Numbered from the stretch's first letter, positions 40,542-49,495 are shown. The stretch is 64,000 nt of DNA from Bacillales bacterium UBA1188 (GCA_002310135.1 DBYK01000001.1:244397-308396), one strand, 5' to 3'. The notes: generated by a model not told the origin, from the letters alone. A program made the numbers and translations.

Positions 40542-41873
40542 TTATTTATTTGCTCTTCTATATTCTCTAGTTAATTTTTTAAAATCAACACAAAGATTAA
40601 CAATTAATCCAATCAAGAGGGAACAGAAGAATGCAATCACAATATACTTCACTCTTGATATTGGGTTTTCTACTACTACAACTGAGTTATTATCAAAATA
40701 TAAGAATGAATTATTATTGACTACTTCTTTTGCGAGTGTAGTATATTGTTCTGTTTCAATTGTTAATTTTTGATATATTTGGTCTAATCTTTGTTCGAAA
40801 GATTCTAGTGATAAAACATATGTTTCATCACGAGATGGGTCTGTATCACTTACTCTTGATATGTGATTTAGTTTTTTTTCTAATAATTCTAGTTCTTTAT
40901 CGATTTCTAAAATTCTTGTGGATAGTGATATTATCTTTTCATTATATGAAGTTAATTCAACTGAATACATTGAACCAGCTAGTTGAATTAACTGTTTTCT
41001 TTGTTCAATTAGTTCGTCTTTTAAAAGACTATTATATTTCTTTTCTAAAGTTAATGATTCTTTAGTACTTAATAGAGTGCTTTCATAATTTTCAAAATCT
41101 TTAACATATCCAAATTGATTTAATTCATTTCTTAAAGAAGCGAATGAATAATTTTGGAAATATTCCTGAAGCATTCTACTTCTATCTGATATTTTTTCTG
41201 AATCAGATATTACTAAATCACCAAACTCATTTATGAGTTTACTGTAATTATTAATTAGTGTGTAATATTGATTTTCAAGGTAATTTATTGATAAATCATA
41301 TATTTTTGATTGGTTATAAAGCAATAAATCCCTTGTATAATTAACTTTTTCAATTTTTTCTTTAGTAAGTTTAACTGGTTCTTTTGCAACTAGTTCAACT
41401 AATGCTTGAGCTTCTTCTTTAGTGAATAGCTTTTTATCTAAAACTATTCTAAATCCTTCTTTATCTAACAAATAATCGACATCATCTTTATTTATTTTTT
41501 GTTCATTTTTAACATATAATTTTTCATATTTAAATGACATTATTGCATTTTTGTAATAGATCTTTTCCATATCAAGATTACTTAGTATTGAACTTGATTC
41601 TTTATATTCATTTAGTTTTTCTAAAGTGATAAGATCTCTTACATCAAATCTTGTGCCATCTAAATATTCATTATTTTGAAAACCCGATAAATTGTATTCA
41701 AAAATTGAACTATAAGTTTGTTTTCTTGAGTTATAAAATAAAATACCTAAAGTTGATATAATAAACAAACTTAAAGTTACAATTAGAAGAAGAATTTTTC
41801 TTCCAAATAATACTTGTAGTAAATCGCTTAAGGTAATGCCTTCATCTTCGATAAGATATTGTTTTTCTTCCAT
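40542..41873 (-). CDS. Wzz-like polysaccharide chain-length determinant (PCP) protein
   Basis: 443 aa. One TM lies near each end (ILLLIVTLSLFIISTLGILF and YIVIAFFCSLLIGLIVNLCV), with a long coiled-coil-like central region. No kinase domain or adjacent kinase gene. Confidence 0.65.
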   Translation of the reverse strand: MEEKQYLIEDEGITLSDLLQVLFGRKILLLIVTLSLFIISTLGILFYNSRKQTYSSIFEYNLSGFQNNEYLDGTRFDVRDLITLEKLNEYKESSSILSNLDMEKIYYKNAIMSFKYEKLYVKNEQKINKDDVDYLLDKEGFRIVLDKKLFTKEEAQALVELVAKEPVKLTKEKIEKVNYTRDLLLYNQSKIYDLSINYLENQYYTLINNYSKLINEFGDLVISDSEKISDRSRMLQEYFQNYSFASLRNELNQFGYVKDFENYESTLLSTKESLTLEKKYNSLLKDELIEQRKQLIQLAGSMYSVELTSYNEKIISLSTRILEIDKELELLEKKLNHISRVSDTDPSRDETYVLSLESFEQRLDQIYQKLTIETEQYTTLAKEVVNNNSFLYFDNNSVVVVENPISRVKYIVIAFFCSLLIGLIVNLCVDFKKLTREYRRANK

Positions 41874-41946
41874 AAAATCTCCTTAAAAACTACCTTAATC
41901 ATTGAGTACATTATCTTTTAGTATCTAGTAGATTATTTATTAAATA

Positions 41947-41971
41947 AATCCAACTAATTTTTAGTTGGATT
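41947..41971 (-). terminator. Terminator-like hairpin overlapping the loaP stop codon (intra-operon)
   Basis: Perfect 10-bp stem AATCCAACTA/TAGTTGGATT with a 5-nt loop. The tail TATTTAATAAA is only moderately U-rich. Confidence 0.4.
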
Positions 41972-42511
41972 ATCTATTATTTTCTCTTCTATTATATCGA
42001 TTCCAAGTATAGTATCTACTAATTGACCCATAAGGTTAATTAAAACTGTAGCTTGTCTTTTATGTAGGTTAACATTTGATATTTTACCTTCAAGACCTTT
42101 AAGTGGCCCATCGACAACTACTATATCTTTTCCTTCTTTTAAATAGATATGAGATATTTCAATAGTTCTTGATGTGCCGCTTTTTCCAATAAGAACATTA
42201 ATCATTTCTTCTTCATCCCTTCTTAAAGGAGCGATATAGTCTTTATGTTTCTTATCTATTCCAAGAAGTTTAGTTAGTGTTTTGATGTTGTAGAGTTGTT
42301 TTTTAAGTTCAACTATATTATCTGTTTCAATAAAGAGATAACCAGGAAAACAAGTCTCAACAACCTCAAACATCTTTCCTTCTTTTTTTCTCATTCTTTT
42401 TCTTTTTGGAACGAATATATCATATTCAAAAGAAGGAAGAGTTATTTCCTTTAAAAATCTCTTTTTTGTTTCTTCTTCTTTTCCACTAAAAACTTGAATT
42501 ACATAATACAT
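41954..42511 (-). CDS. loaP: NusG-paralog transcription antiterminator (LoaP-type)
   Basis: 185 aa. It has an NGN-like N-terminus (MYYVIQVFSGKEEETKKRF...FPGYLFIE) and a KOW-like C-terminus (GKDIVVVDGPLKGLEGKISNV). It is embedded in a polysaccharide operon. Confidence 0.75.
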   Translation of the reverse strand: MYYVIQVFSGKEEETKKRFLKEITLPSFEYDIFVPKRKRMRKKEGKMFEVVETCFPGYLFIETDNIVELKKQLYNIKTLTKLLGIDKKHKDYIAPLRRDEEEMINVLIGKSGTSRTIEISHIYLKEGKDIVVVDGPLKGLEGKISNVNLHKRQATVLINLMGQLVDTILGIDIIEEKIIDNPTKN

Positions 42512-42620
42512 AAAGTCATGCCTACGGCTAGCGCGTGCATTAATGCATGTGCTAGATGAATCGATATAACACCAATTATTTTTAAGTGTGCCTAGCTTCG
42601 CTTAAAAATAATGAGATAAT
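42512..42620 (-). promoter_or_regulatory. GC-rich structured leader between capD-like gene and loaP (candidate antitermination/processing RNA element)
   Basis: This 109-nt spacer contains an imperfect 13-bp hairpin at 42528-42555 (CTAGCACAUGCAU/AUGCACGCGCUAG on the RNA) and repeated GCUAG motifs. It is far more GC-rich than its surroundings. Confidence 0.45.
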
Positions 42621-44450
42621 TTAAATTTTATAAGTTGGAACTAACTCCTTAACTATTGGTTTAATTCCTTCACTTTCATTATAAGCTTCTATGCATAACC
42701 TATCTAAGCATTCGAAGAATTTATCTTCATCGAATTCTATAGGTTTTGCAATATTAATTAATCCATTATCAGTAGTCTTTAGGCCTTCTTCATCCATAAG
42801 TCTTTCCTCATATAATTTCTCTCCAGGTCTGAGTCCTGTGACTTGAATCTTTATATCTTTATGAGGAATAAATCCTGATAATCTAATTAGAGTTTCTGCA
42901 AGATCATATATCTTTACTGGTTCACCCATATCAAGAACATAGATCTCACCACCTTTAGCGTATGCACCAGCTTGTAAGATTAATGTTACAGCTTCAGGTA
43001 TAGTCATAAAATATCTTGTGATTTCTCTGTGTGTTACAGTAACAGGGCCACCAAGCGCAATTTGTTTTTTAAATAGTGGTATTACTGAACCATTTGAACC
43101 AAGAACATTGCCAAATCTTACAGCAACAAATTCAGTATTTTTAGATCTTCTTCCTATTGCTTGAATAATCATCTCGCATATGCGCTTAGATGCGCCCATG
43201 ATATTTGTTGGATTAACTGCTTTATCAGTAGATATTTGAACAAATCTTTTAACCTTGTATTCATCTGCGAGTTTAGCAAGGTTTAGGGTTCCAAATACAT
43301 TGTTTTTAATGGCCTCATTAGGACTTGTCTCCATTAATGGAACATGTTTATGAGCTGCGGCATTAAAAACAATATCGATTTTATATTTTTTGAAAACATC
43401 TTCCAACTTATTTTTATCTCTAATACTTGCGATTAGTACTAAGAGATTTAAATAAGGGAAGTTTCTTTTAAGTTCTTGTTCTATGTCATATGCATTATTC
43501 TCATAGATATCAAGAATTATTAATCTTTTTGGGTTGTGTGCTGCAACTTGTCTTGAAAGTTCAGAACCAATTGAACCTCCACCACCAGTTATAAGCACAA
43601 CTCTATTTTCTATATACCCCATTATCTCATCTAGATTAACTTTGATTTCACCACGACCGAGTAAATCAGTGATTTCAACGTGTCTAATTGATCTAATAGA
43701 TACTGTACCATTCACAAGTTGATAGATCCCTGGGATGATATCAACTTGACAATTTGTTTTCTCACAAATACTTAATAGTTGTCTTGTTTCATATCTTGTA
43801 ATTGATGGAATCGCAACTATTATTTCTTTAACATCATATTTCTTCACAGCTTCAGGAATCATATCCCTTCCACCAACAATAGGAACACCAAGTATTGAAG
43901 TCTGTCTTTTTTGTTCATCATCATCTATAAAACATACTGGTATCTTATTAACTTTTTCTGAGTTTATGAGTTCCCTTGCGACCATAGTTCCAGCGTCTCC
44001 CGCTCCAACTATCATCACATGGATATTATCTGGTTGTTTTTGGAAGAGGTCATTATTCTTAACTTGAATCGCAAGTCTGATTGAGAATCTCGCAAAAGAA
44101 AGTAGGATCGCAAGAATAACATTATTTACCACAATAAATTTGAGTGATAGATATGCTCCATCAGTAATTAAGACAAAAAGTATTCCCGCAACGAAGTTCG
44201 CAAAGATTGTAATCATTATCTTAAGTAAGTCTATCATTGATACATACTTAAGGAGTGATCTATATAGTCTTGATATAGAAAACGCAAATATTATGATTGC
44301 GGATTCAGCCACGCAACATAATACATAAAATAAAAGATTGCTTCTATCTAGTTTAATTGAGAGTAGGTAGTTTGAGAATAAAAATGAGAACACTACAATC
44401 GCTATATCAATAACTATTAAAGAAATAATTCTACTAATGTTTTTCTTCAT
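42621..44450 (-). CDS. Membrane-anchored UDP-HexNAc 4,6-dehydratase (CapD/PglF/EpsC family)
   Basis: 609 aa. Four N-terminal TM helices are followed by two Rossmann regions (VGAGDAGT; VLITGGGGSIGSEL) and a STDKAVNPTNIMGASKR block. Confidence 0.88.
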   Translation of the reverse strand: MKKNISRIISLIVIDIAIVVFSFLFSNYLLSIKLDRSNLLFYVLCCVAESAIIIFAFSISRLYRSLLKYVSMIDLLKIMITIFANFVAGILFVLITDGAYLSLKFIVVNNVILAILLSFARFSIRLAIQVKNNDLFQKQPDNIHVMIVGAGDAGTMVARELINSEKVNKIPVCFIDDDEQKRQTSILGVPIVGGRDMIPEAVKKYDVKEIIVAIPSITRYETRQLLSICEKTNCQVDIIPGIYQLVNGTVSIRSIRHVEITDLLGRGEIKVNLDEIMGYIENRVVLITGGGGSIGSELSRQVAAHNPKRLIILDIYENNAYDIEQELKRNFPYLNLLVLIASIRDKNKLEDVFKKYKIDIVFNAAAHKHVPLMETSPNEAIKNNVFGTLNLAKLADEYKVKRFVQISTDKAVNPTNIMGASKRICEMIIQAIGRRSKNTEFVAVRFGNVLGSNGSVIPLFKKQIALGGPVTVTHREITRYFMTIPEAVTLILQAGAYAKGGEIYVLDMGEPVKIYDLAETLIRLSGFIPHKDIKIQVTGLRPGEKLYEERLMDEEGLKTTDNGLINIAKPIEFDEDKFFECLDRLCIEAYNESEGIKPIVKELVPTYKI

Positions 44451-44897
44451 AACTAACCTTCCTTTTCAAAGGATAACGCAATCTTAATTGATTATATTTA
44501 GGATAAATAATTAATTATTTATGCTTATATAATTTTAAACTATTTAGAAAGAAATTAAAAGAAAAATCTAATGAACAGGTAAAATATTTTTTATTTTAAA
44601 ATAAAAATGGTCAAAAAATGACCAATACGCCTATATTTATAAAAACAAAAAAGTATACCCATTATATAGTTTTTAAAATCTTTTTTTATTTAAAATCTGA
44701 TTTTTTAATAAATCATAAAATATGTCAATTAATAATTGGCAATCTAATTTATGGAATATCTTTATATTTAGGAATATTTTTTATATAAATAAATTAATAA
44801 TTACTTAATATTTTAAAAATATATTTTGTCAAATATGTTTGATTTGATATATCTTTATTTTTATTTCTTTTTTAAAAGTTGAAAGATATTAAATAAT

Positions 44898-44948
44898 GAA
44901 AAAAGAATCTAATTTAAAGTTGTGTTTTTTTAAAGAAAATTAGATTCT
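44898..44948 (-). terminator. Terminator-like hairpin at the end of the 179-aa membrane protein gene
   Basis: 12-bp arms AGAATCTAATTT / AAATTAGATTCT around a ~21-nt loop. A T-run follows on the minus strand. The large loop lowers confidence. Confidence 0.45.
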
Positions 44949-45469
44949 TCTTCTTTTATATTATTATCTTTTTGTCTAAACAGTGGAATTATCGCAGTTA
45001 AAATTAATTCAACCGAAAGTAAATATGAATAAATTAAAGCTGTCTCTTCATTTGGATTAATAATTAATATTGTGGATAATACAATTACTACTAATGATTC
45101 TATGATAGTTACTATGCTTAAGATAAGAGGAATTCCTTTTAAGAGTCCGTTTACTATTTCTTCTATCTCTATTGATTCTCTTAATATTGACCATATAGCC
45201 CAAGTAACACAAATAGTTGTGAAATCACTAATGAATACTAAGAGGATTATTCCAAGTAATAATTCAATAGAACCGAAATAGAAACTACCTTCTTTATAGA
45301 ATTCTTTTTTGTGTTTAATTAAGATATGTAAGAATTCAAAAATACCATATGCCATCATAAGTGATGGGATATAGTATTCTAAATTGAGCACAAAATGATC
45401 TCTTATAAAGAAAAGAGTCATAGAAAATGATATAAAGAGTATTGCTTTAATTATCTTAAGTAATCTCAT
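44930..45469 (-). CDS. Hypothetical membrane protein (5-6 TM)
   Basis: 179-aa hydrophobic ORF with no recognisable family. Confidence 0.5.
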   Translation of the reverse strand: MRLLKIIKAILFISFSMTLFFIRDHFVLNLEYYIPSLMMAYGIFEFLHILIKHKKEFYKEGSFYFGSIELLLGIILLVFISDFTTICVTWAIWSILRESIEIEEIVNGLLKGIPLILSIVTIIESLVVIVLSTILIINPNEETALIYSYLLSVELILTAIIPLFRQKDNNIKEEESNFL

Positions 45470-45481
45470 ATTTATCCTTTT

Positions 45482-46234
45482 TTATTTTATTGAATATATG
45501 GCGGTTAAATTCTTTTTCTTGTTTACATTTTCTTCAATATATAATTCTTTTGTATATTCTATATTATTATTCTCAAGACATACATCTAAGAAACATAAAA
45601 GAATACCTATGTCTATCCTATTTAGATAATTCACAAACTTCATAGGTAATATTCCAGTTTTAGAATCTCTTCTAATTCTATAAACTTTAATATTATCTTT
45701 AGATGTTTCTAAAAACCATGGTTGTGAATTAACTGCACTAGGTGCATATCTTATATCTTTTATGATGTCTTTATAATAATCTCCAGAAATTATTTTAGAT
45801 AATTCTAATCTTGGTACATCATCGATATTTTTCCTAAATAAAGATGAATCAACTTTTTTAATTGCGATCATTATCACAAAATCAAGACCATCTTCTTTTT
45901 TCATCTTAGTTTTGCCGAGTCCAAACCATAGTGCACCTATATTGATAGATGCAAGATATAAATCTAATTGTTCACCGAGATAACCTATATTTTGAAGATA
46001 ATTATCTTTCTTTTGAGAATACATGAAGATTAAATATTCTTGATTCTTTTTATAATTCTCATTATCTTTTACAAATTTGATTTTAACTTTTATGTCTTTA
46101 ATTAAAGGAGTAAAACTATAGAATTTATTTTCTATATCTTTTATGGTTTCATCACTAATTTTTGAATCAGGAATATCTTTAAAATTATGAAAAGATTTTC
46201 TTTTAAATATCATATCATAAAAACATTTTTCCAT
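45482..46234 (-). CDS. Nitroreductase-family protein
   Basis: N-terminal FKRKSFHNFKD (RRS.R.F-type motif) and a C-terminal YAPSAVNSQPW block. Confidence 0.7.
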   Translation of the reverse strand: MEKCFYDMIFKRKSFHNFKDIPDSKISDETIKDIENKFYSFTPLIKDIKVKIKFVKDNENYKKNQEYLIFMYSQKKDNYLQNIGYLGEQLDLYLASINIGALWFGLGKTKMKKEDGLDFVIMIAIKKVDSSLFRKNIDDVPRLELSKIISGDYYKDIIKDIRYAPSAVNSQPWFLETSKDNIKVYRIRRDSKTGILPMKFVNYLNRIDIGILLCFLDVCLENNNIEYTKELYIEENVNKKKNLTAIYSIK

Positions 46235-46285
46235 TTAAAATGTACCTCCTATTATTTTTAATTATATCAATAATTAATATAATAT

Positions 46286-46310
46286 AAAAGCACTTTTTTG
46301 GAGTGCTTCT
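46286..46310 (-). terminator. Terminator after the GNAT gene
   Basis: AAGCACT/AGTGCTT stem with a 7-nt loop and a T-rich tail on the minus strand. Confidence 0.55.
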
Positions 46311-46776
46311 ATATTATTAATTCCATTTCTATCTCTTTTATCTTTAAGCCAAGCTTTTTATAGAATTCTTTAGCTTTATCATTACCTTCCCATACATTAA
46401 GAGTTATTTCATATAAACCTAATTCTTTTGATATATTTTTGATATATTCAAAAAGCATAGTTCCTATTCCTTTTCCTCTTTCTTTCTCATTAACACATAT
46501 ATCATCAATATATAGATAACTAAAGTTATGCATAGTATGATTATTAGTCTTTTTTATTATTCCCATGATATACCCAACTATAGTATCATCTTCAAGCGCA
46601 ACTAAAGTTATTCTATTTTTATCATTTATGATATTTTCAACTTCATCTTTAGTATATTTAGTTGTTCCACTTTTAAAGATATCAGGTCTAATTAAACTAT
46701 GAACTTCTAATACTTCTTTTAATAATTCAATTATTGAGTCTTTATCGCTATCAACTGCATATCTTATCTTTATCAT
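46309..46776 (-). CDS. GNAT-family N-acetyltransferase
   Basis: 155 aa. The acetyl-CoA block is VNEKERGKGIGTMLFEY. Confidence 0.8.
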   Translation of the reverse strand: MIKIRYAVDSDKDSIIELLKEVLEVHSLIRPDIFKSGTTKYTKDEVENIINDKNRITLVALEDDTIVGYIMGIIKKTNNHTMHNFSYLYIDDICVNEKERGKGIGTMLFEYIKNISKELGLYEITLNVWEGNDKAKEFYKKLGLKIKEIEMELII

Positions 46777-46804
46777 ATGAATCCTCTTTTTAATATTCTA
46801 ACAT

Positions 46805-46839
46805 AAAAAAATATAAGTCAAGGCGACTTATATCTTTTT
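46805..46839 (-). terminator. Rho-independent terminator closing the BMP-ABC/catabolic operon
   Basis: Stem ATATAAGTC/GACTTATAT with a 5-nt loop and T7 on the minus strand, immediately after the stop at 46840. Confidence 0.7.
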
Positions 46840-47556
46840 TTACTCTATTATCTTTTTGAATTCTTTAATTGTGCTTTTTAGCTTTTCCATGTCACTGTGA
46901 AGCTTTAAAAATGTACTTCCAACAAATACCCCATCAGCACCGGCATCTTTAACTAGTTTTGCGTCCATTAAAGTTTTCACTCCTACCCCACAATATATCT
47001 TTTTATTTTTACCTTCATTATCTCTTAGATAATATATTACATCTTTTAATGTAGGGTATTTTGGGTTAATATCATCTGACTTCGCTTGAAGGTAGATAAA
47101 ACCGTTACTTAATTTAGATGCATCTAAATCTTCCTCGTTTAGATTAAGAGGAATATAAGACGCTAATCTTATATTTCCTTTAATCAATCTCTTCTTAATG
47201 GTTTTATCATTTCCACCAACATAAATCATATTCTCTATGTTAGCTTCATTCATAAAATTAATGAATTTAGATACACCAATCTCTTTAACTGTCTCTTCAT
47301 AACATAATATAAATATTTCTTGATTAGGATATTTATCTTTAATATATAAGACTGCGTCCATATATTCATTATAATCACTTGAAACCTCAAGCGCTTTAAG
47401 CATCCTATTTCTTATGAATTCACTATCTAAATATGGATTTTTAGATGGCATATCAATTTCGAGGACATCTATGCCGCTTTCTATATATACTCCCGCAATA
47501 TCTATAGTCTTTTTTATGTTTGGGTATCCTAAAGAGAGGTAACCAATTAATTTCAT
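46840..47556 (-). CDS. Tryptophan synthase alpha-chain-like TIM-barrel protein (orphan TrpA paralog)
   Basis: LIGYLSLGYPNIKKTIDIAGVYIESGIDVLEIDMPSKNPYLD parallels the TrpA N-terminal catalytic region (E..D). The C-terminal GADGVFVGSTF parallels the phosphate-binding GxxxGS site. No trpB or other trp genes are in the window. ATG 47556 has AGAGGTG 6 nt upstream. Confidence 0.65.
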   Translation of the reverse strand: MKLIGYLSLGYPNIKKTIDIAGVYIESGIDVLEIDMPSKNPYLDSEFIRNRMLKALEVSSDYNEYMDAVLYIKDKYPNQEIFILCYEETVKEIGVSKFINFMNEANIENMIYVGGNDKTIKKRLIKGNIRLASYIPLNLNEEDLDASKLSNGFIYLQAKSDDINPKYPTLKDVIYYLRDNEGKNKKIYCGVGVKTLMDAKLVKDAGADGVFVGSTFLKLHSDMEKLKSTIKEFKKIIE

Positions 47557-47557
47557 A

Positions 47558-48706
47558 TTAGTCACCTCTATAAGCTCTTAAGATGATTTTTCTAATATCG
47601 CTTGGTTTTGGTGTAACTGGATTAGTTTTAGTACAGCCATCTTCTAAAGCAAGTGATATTACTTCATCTAATTTATTCATTAAATCATCTTGAGAAATAT
47701 ATAAAGATAAATCATCTTTTATTTCTAAATCTTTAATTAATCTTTTTATTCCAAGAGTTAAGTTCTTCTCACCAATCCATTTAGCGATATCACTATATCT
47801 TCTAAGTGTTATAGGATTATTACGATTGAATTCTATAACATATGGAAGCAAAATAGCGTTTAATATTCCGTGAGGAACGTGGAATATACTTCCTAAAGAA
47901 TGAGAAATAGAATGCACTATTCCTAAAGATGCATTAGTGAAAGAGAGTCCTGCGACCATACTCGCATTTAACATCTTCTCTCTTAAATCAATATCATTTA
48001 AATTGACATATACTTTTGGAAGAGTGTCGAATATATCAATTATAGCTGCCTTCGCTAAAATATCAGTTAAATAGTTCGCTCTATTTGAGGTATACGCTTC
48101 TATTGCGTGTGTTAGAGCGTCAAATCCAGTTTGGGCAGTTAAATGTTTTGGAAGAGATATGGTTGTGATAGGGTCAAGTATAGCGACATCTGGCATCATC
48201 TCCATATTTCCAATACCGCATTTATAACCTGTCATACTATCTGTGATTACAATAGATCTTGATACTTCAGATGCAGTACCTGCGGTTGTAGGAATACAAC
48301 CTAGGTGCGCTTTCAATCTAAGTTTTGGAAATTTAGATTTATCCATAAGTTCATCTAGCCCTTTAGTTTCTGGGTGCTCATAGAAAATCCACATCGCTTT
48401 TGCGGCATCCATTACACTTCCACCACCAATGGCTAGAATGAAGTCAGGTTTTTCTTCTTCCATAAATTTTGCGCCTCTTTCTACAGTATCAAGCCCAGGG
48501 TCAGATTCAACCCCTATAAATACAGAATATGGTATATCTGCGTTAGTTAAATGATTCTCAACTATCCTCATCACACCATTTTTATATACTACATCATCTC
48601 CTAAAACTATAACTATCTTTTTAGCTTTAATATTTTCTAAATAACTTAAGCTATCTTGGCCGAATATTAATTCATCTCCAGCTAGCTTCATCGGTCTTTC
48701 TATCAT
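47558..48706 (-). CDS. Iron-containing (group III) alcohol dehydrogenase
   Basis: 382 aa. AIGGGSVMDAAKA, PTTAGTASE and the metal-His blocks FDALTHAIEAY and HSISHSLG. Confidence 0.85.
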   Translation of the reverse strand: MIERPMKLAGDELIFGQDSLSYLENIKAKKIVIVLGDDVVYKNGVMRIVENHLTNADIPYSVFIGVESDPGLDTVERGAKFMEEEKPDFILAIGGGSVMDAAKAMWIFYEHPETKGLDELMDKSKFPKLRLKAHLGCIPTTAGTASEVSRSIVITDSMTGYKCGIGNMEMMPDVAILDPITTISLPKHLTAQTGFDALTHAIEAYTSNRANYLTDILAKAAIIDIFDTLPKVYVNLNDIDLREKMLNASMVAGLSFTNASLGIVHSISHSLGSIFHVPHGILNAILLPYVIEFNRNNPITLRRYSDIAKWIGEKNLTLGIKRLIKDLEIKDDLSLYISQDDLMNKLDEVISLALEDGCTKTNPVTPKPSDIRKIILRAYRGD

Positions 48707-48709
48707 AAA

Positions 48710-49495
48710 TTACTTTCCTATCTTTTCTAATAATTTTCTTGTAAGTTCAAAAGAAATTGGATTTTCTATTTTCTTATCTTTTTTCAAAGATGAACCCACA
48801 ATTGCCCCATCGGCAATACTTAGTTCCTTAAGGATATTTGATTCACTTAAGCCACTACCAATAAATACTGGAATCTTTACGATTCTTTTAACTCTTTCTA
48901 CTAAATCTATAGGAGTTTCATCTCCACTAGATGATCCAGTCACAATAACAGCATCCGCATGATTAGCCTCAGCCATTTTAGCGCTATCTTCTATTTTTAT
49001 ATTTTGATTTAGCATATATGTGTATTTAACTTGAATATCCGCTAAAATCTTAACATCATTAGCCATTATTTCTTTTCTATATTCAATTGCGCTTGCACCT
49101 TTAGGATAAATAATCCCATTATGATAAATTACAGTATCTACAAATACTGGAATTCTTATGAAAGATGCACCAGTTGCCTTAGAAATTGATAGTGATGTTT
49201 TATAATCATTGAATGCTGCATCAACTCCAACTGGAATATTTACTGCATCAACTATTTTAGATACTATTACGGCTAACATAATAGCTTGTTCATGTTTTAA
49301 TGTTTCTCTTAAAGGAGAGTCTCCCATATTTTCAACCATTATGGCATCTACATTTGCTCCCTCAAGTGTCTTCGCATCTTCAATTGCTCTATTTATTATT
49401 TCTTCATTATTGTCTTTATAATGAGTAGTATTAATCAGTGGAAGCAAATGTACCATACCTATAATCATATTCTTTTTAAATTCAAATTTTGGCAT
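48710..49495 (-). CDS. BtpA/SgcQ-family TIM-barrel protein
   Basis: 261 aa. GMVHLLPL N-terminus plus VENMGDSP and GSGLS...DGAIVGSSLKKD blocks are characteristic of the BtpA/SgcQ family. Its biochemical function is unknown. Confidence 0.7.
   Translation of the reverse strand: MPKFEFKKNMIIGMVHLLPLINTTHYKDNNEEIINRAIEDAKTLEGANVDAIMVENMGDSPLRETLKHEQAIMLAVIVSKIVDAVNIPVGVDAAFNDYKTSLSISKATGASFIRIPVFVDTVIYHNGIIYPKGASAIEYRKEIMANDVKILADIQVKYTYMLNQNIKIEDSAKMAEANHADAVIVTGSSSGDETPIDLVERVKRIVKIPVFIGSGLSESNILKELSIADGAIVGSSLKKDKKIENPISFELTRKLLEKIGK

Noticed and set aside
44451-44929. The 479-nt ORF-free AT-rich region upstream of the EPS operon. I looked for a CRISPR array, an invertible promoter or a small RNA.
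   Set aside because: It contains only AT-rich self-palindromes (e.g. AAATAATTAATTATTT) and one short hairpin (TGGTCA/TGACCA near 44618-44636). There are no repeat-spacer periodicity, no flanking long inverted repeats and no recombinase gene nearby. It is most simply a promoter/leader region.
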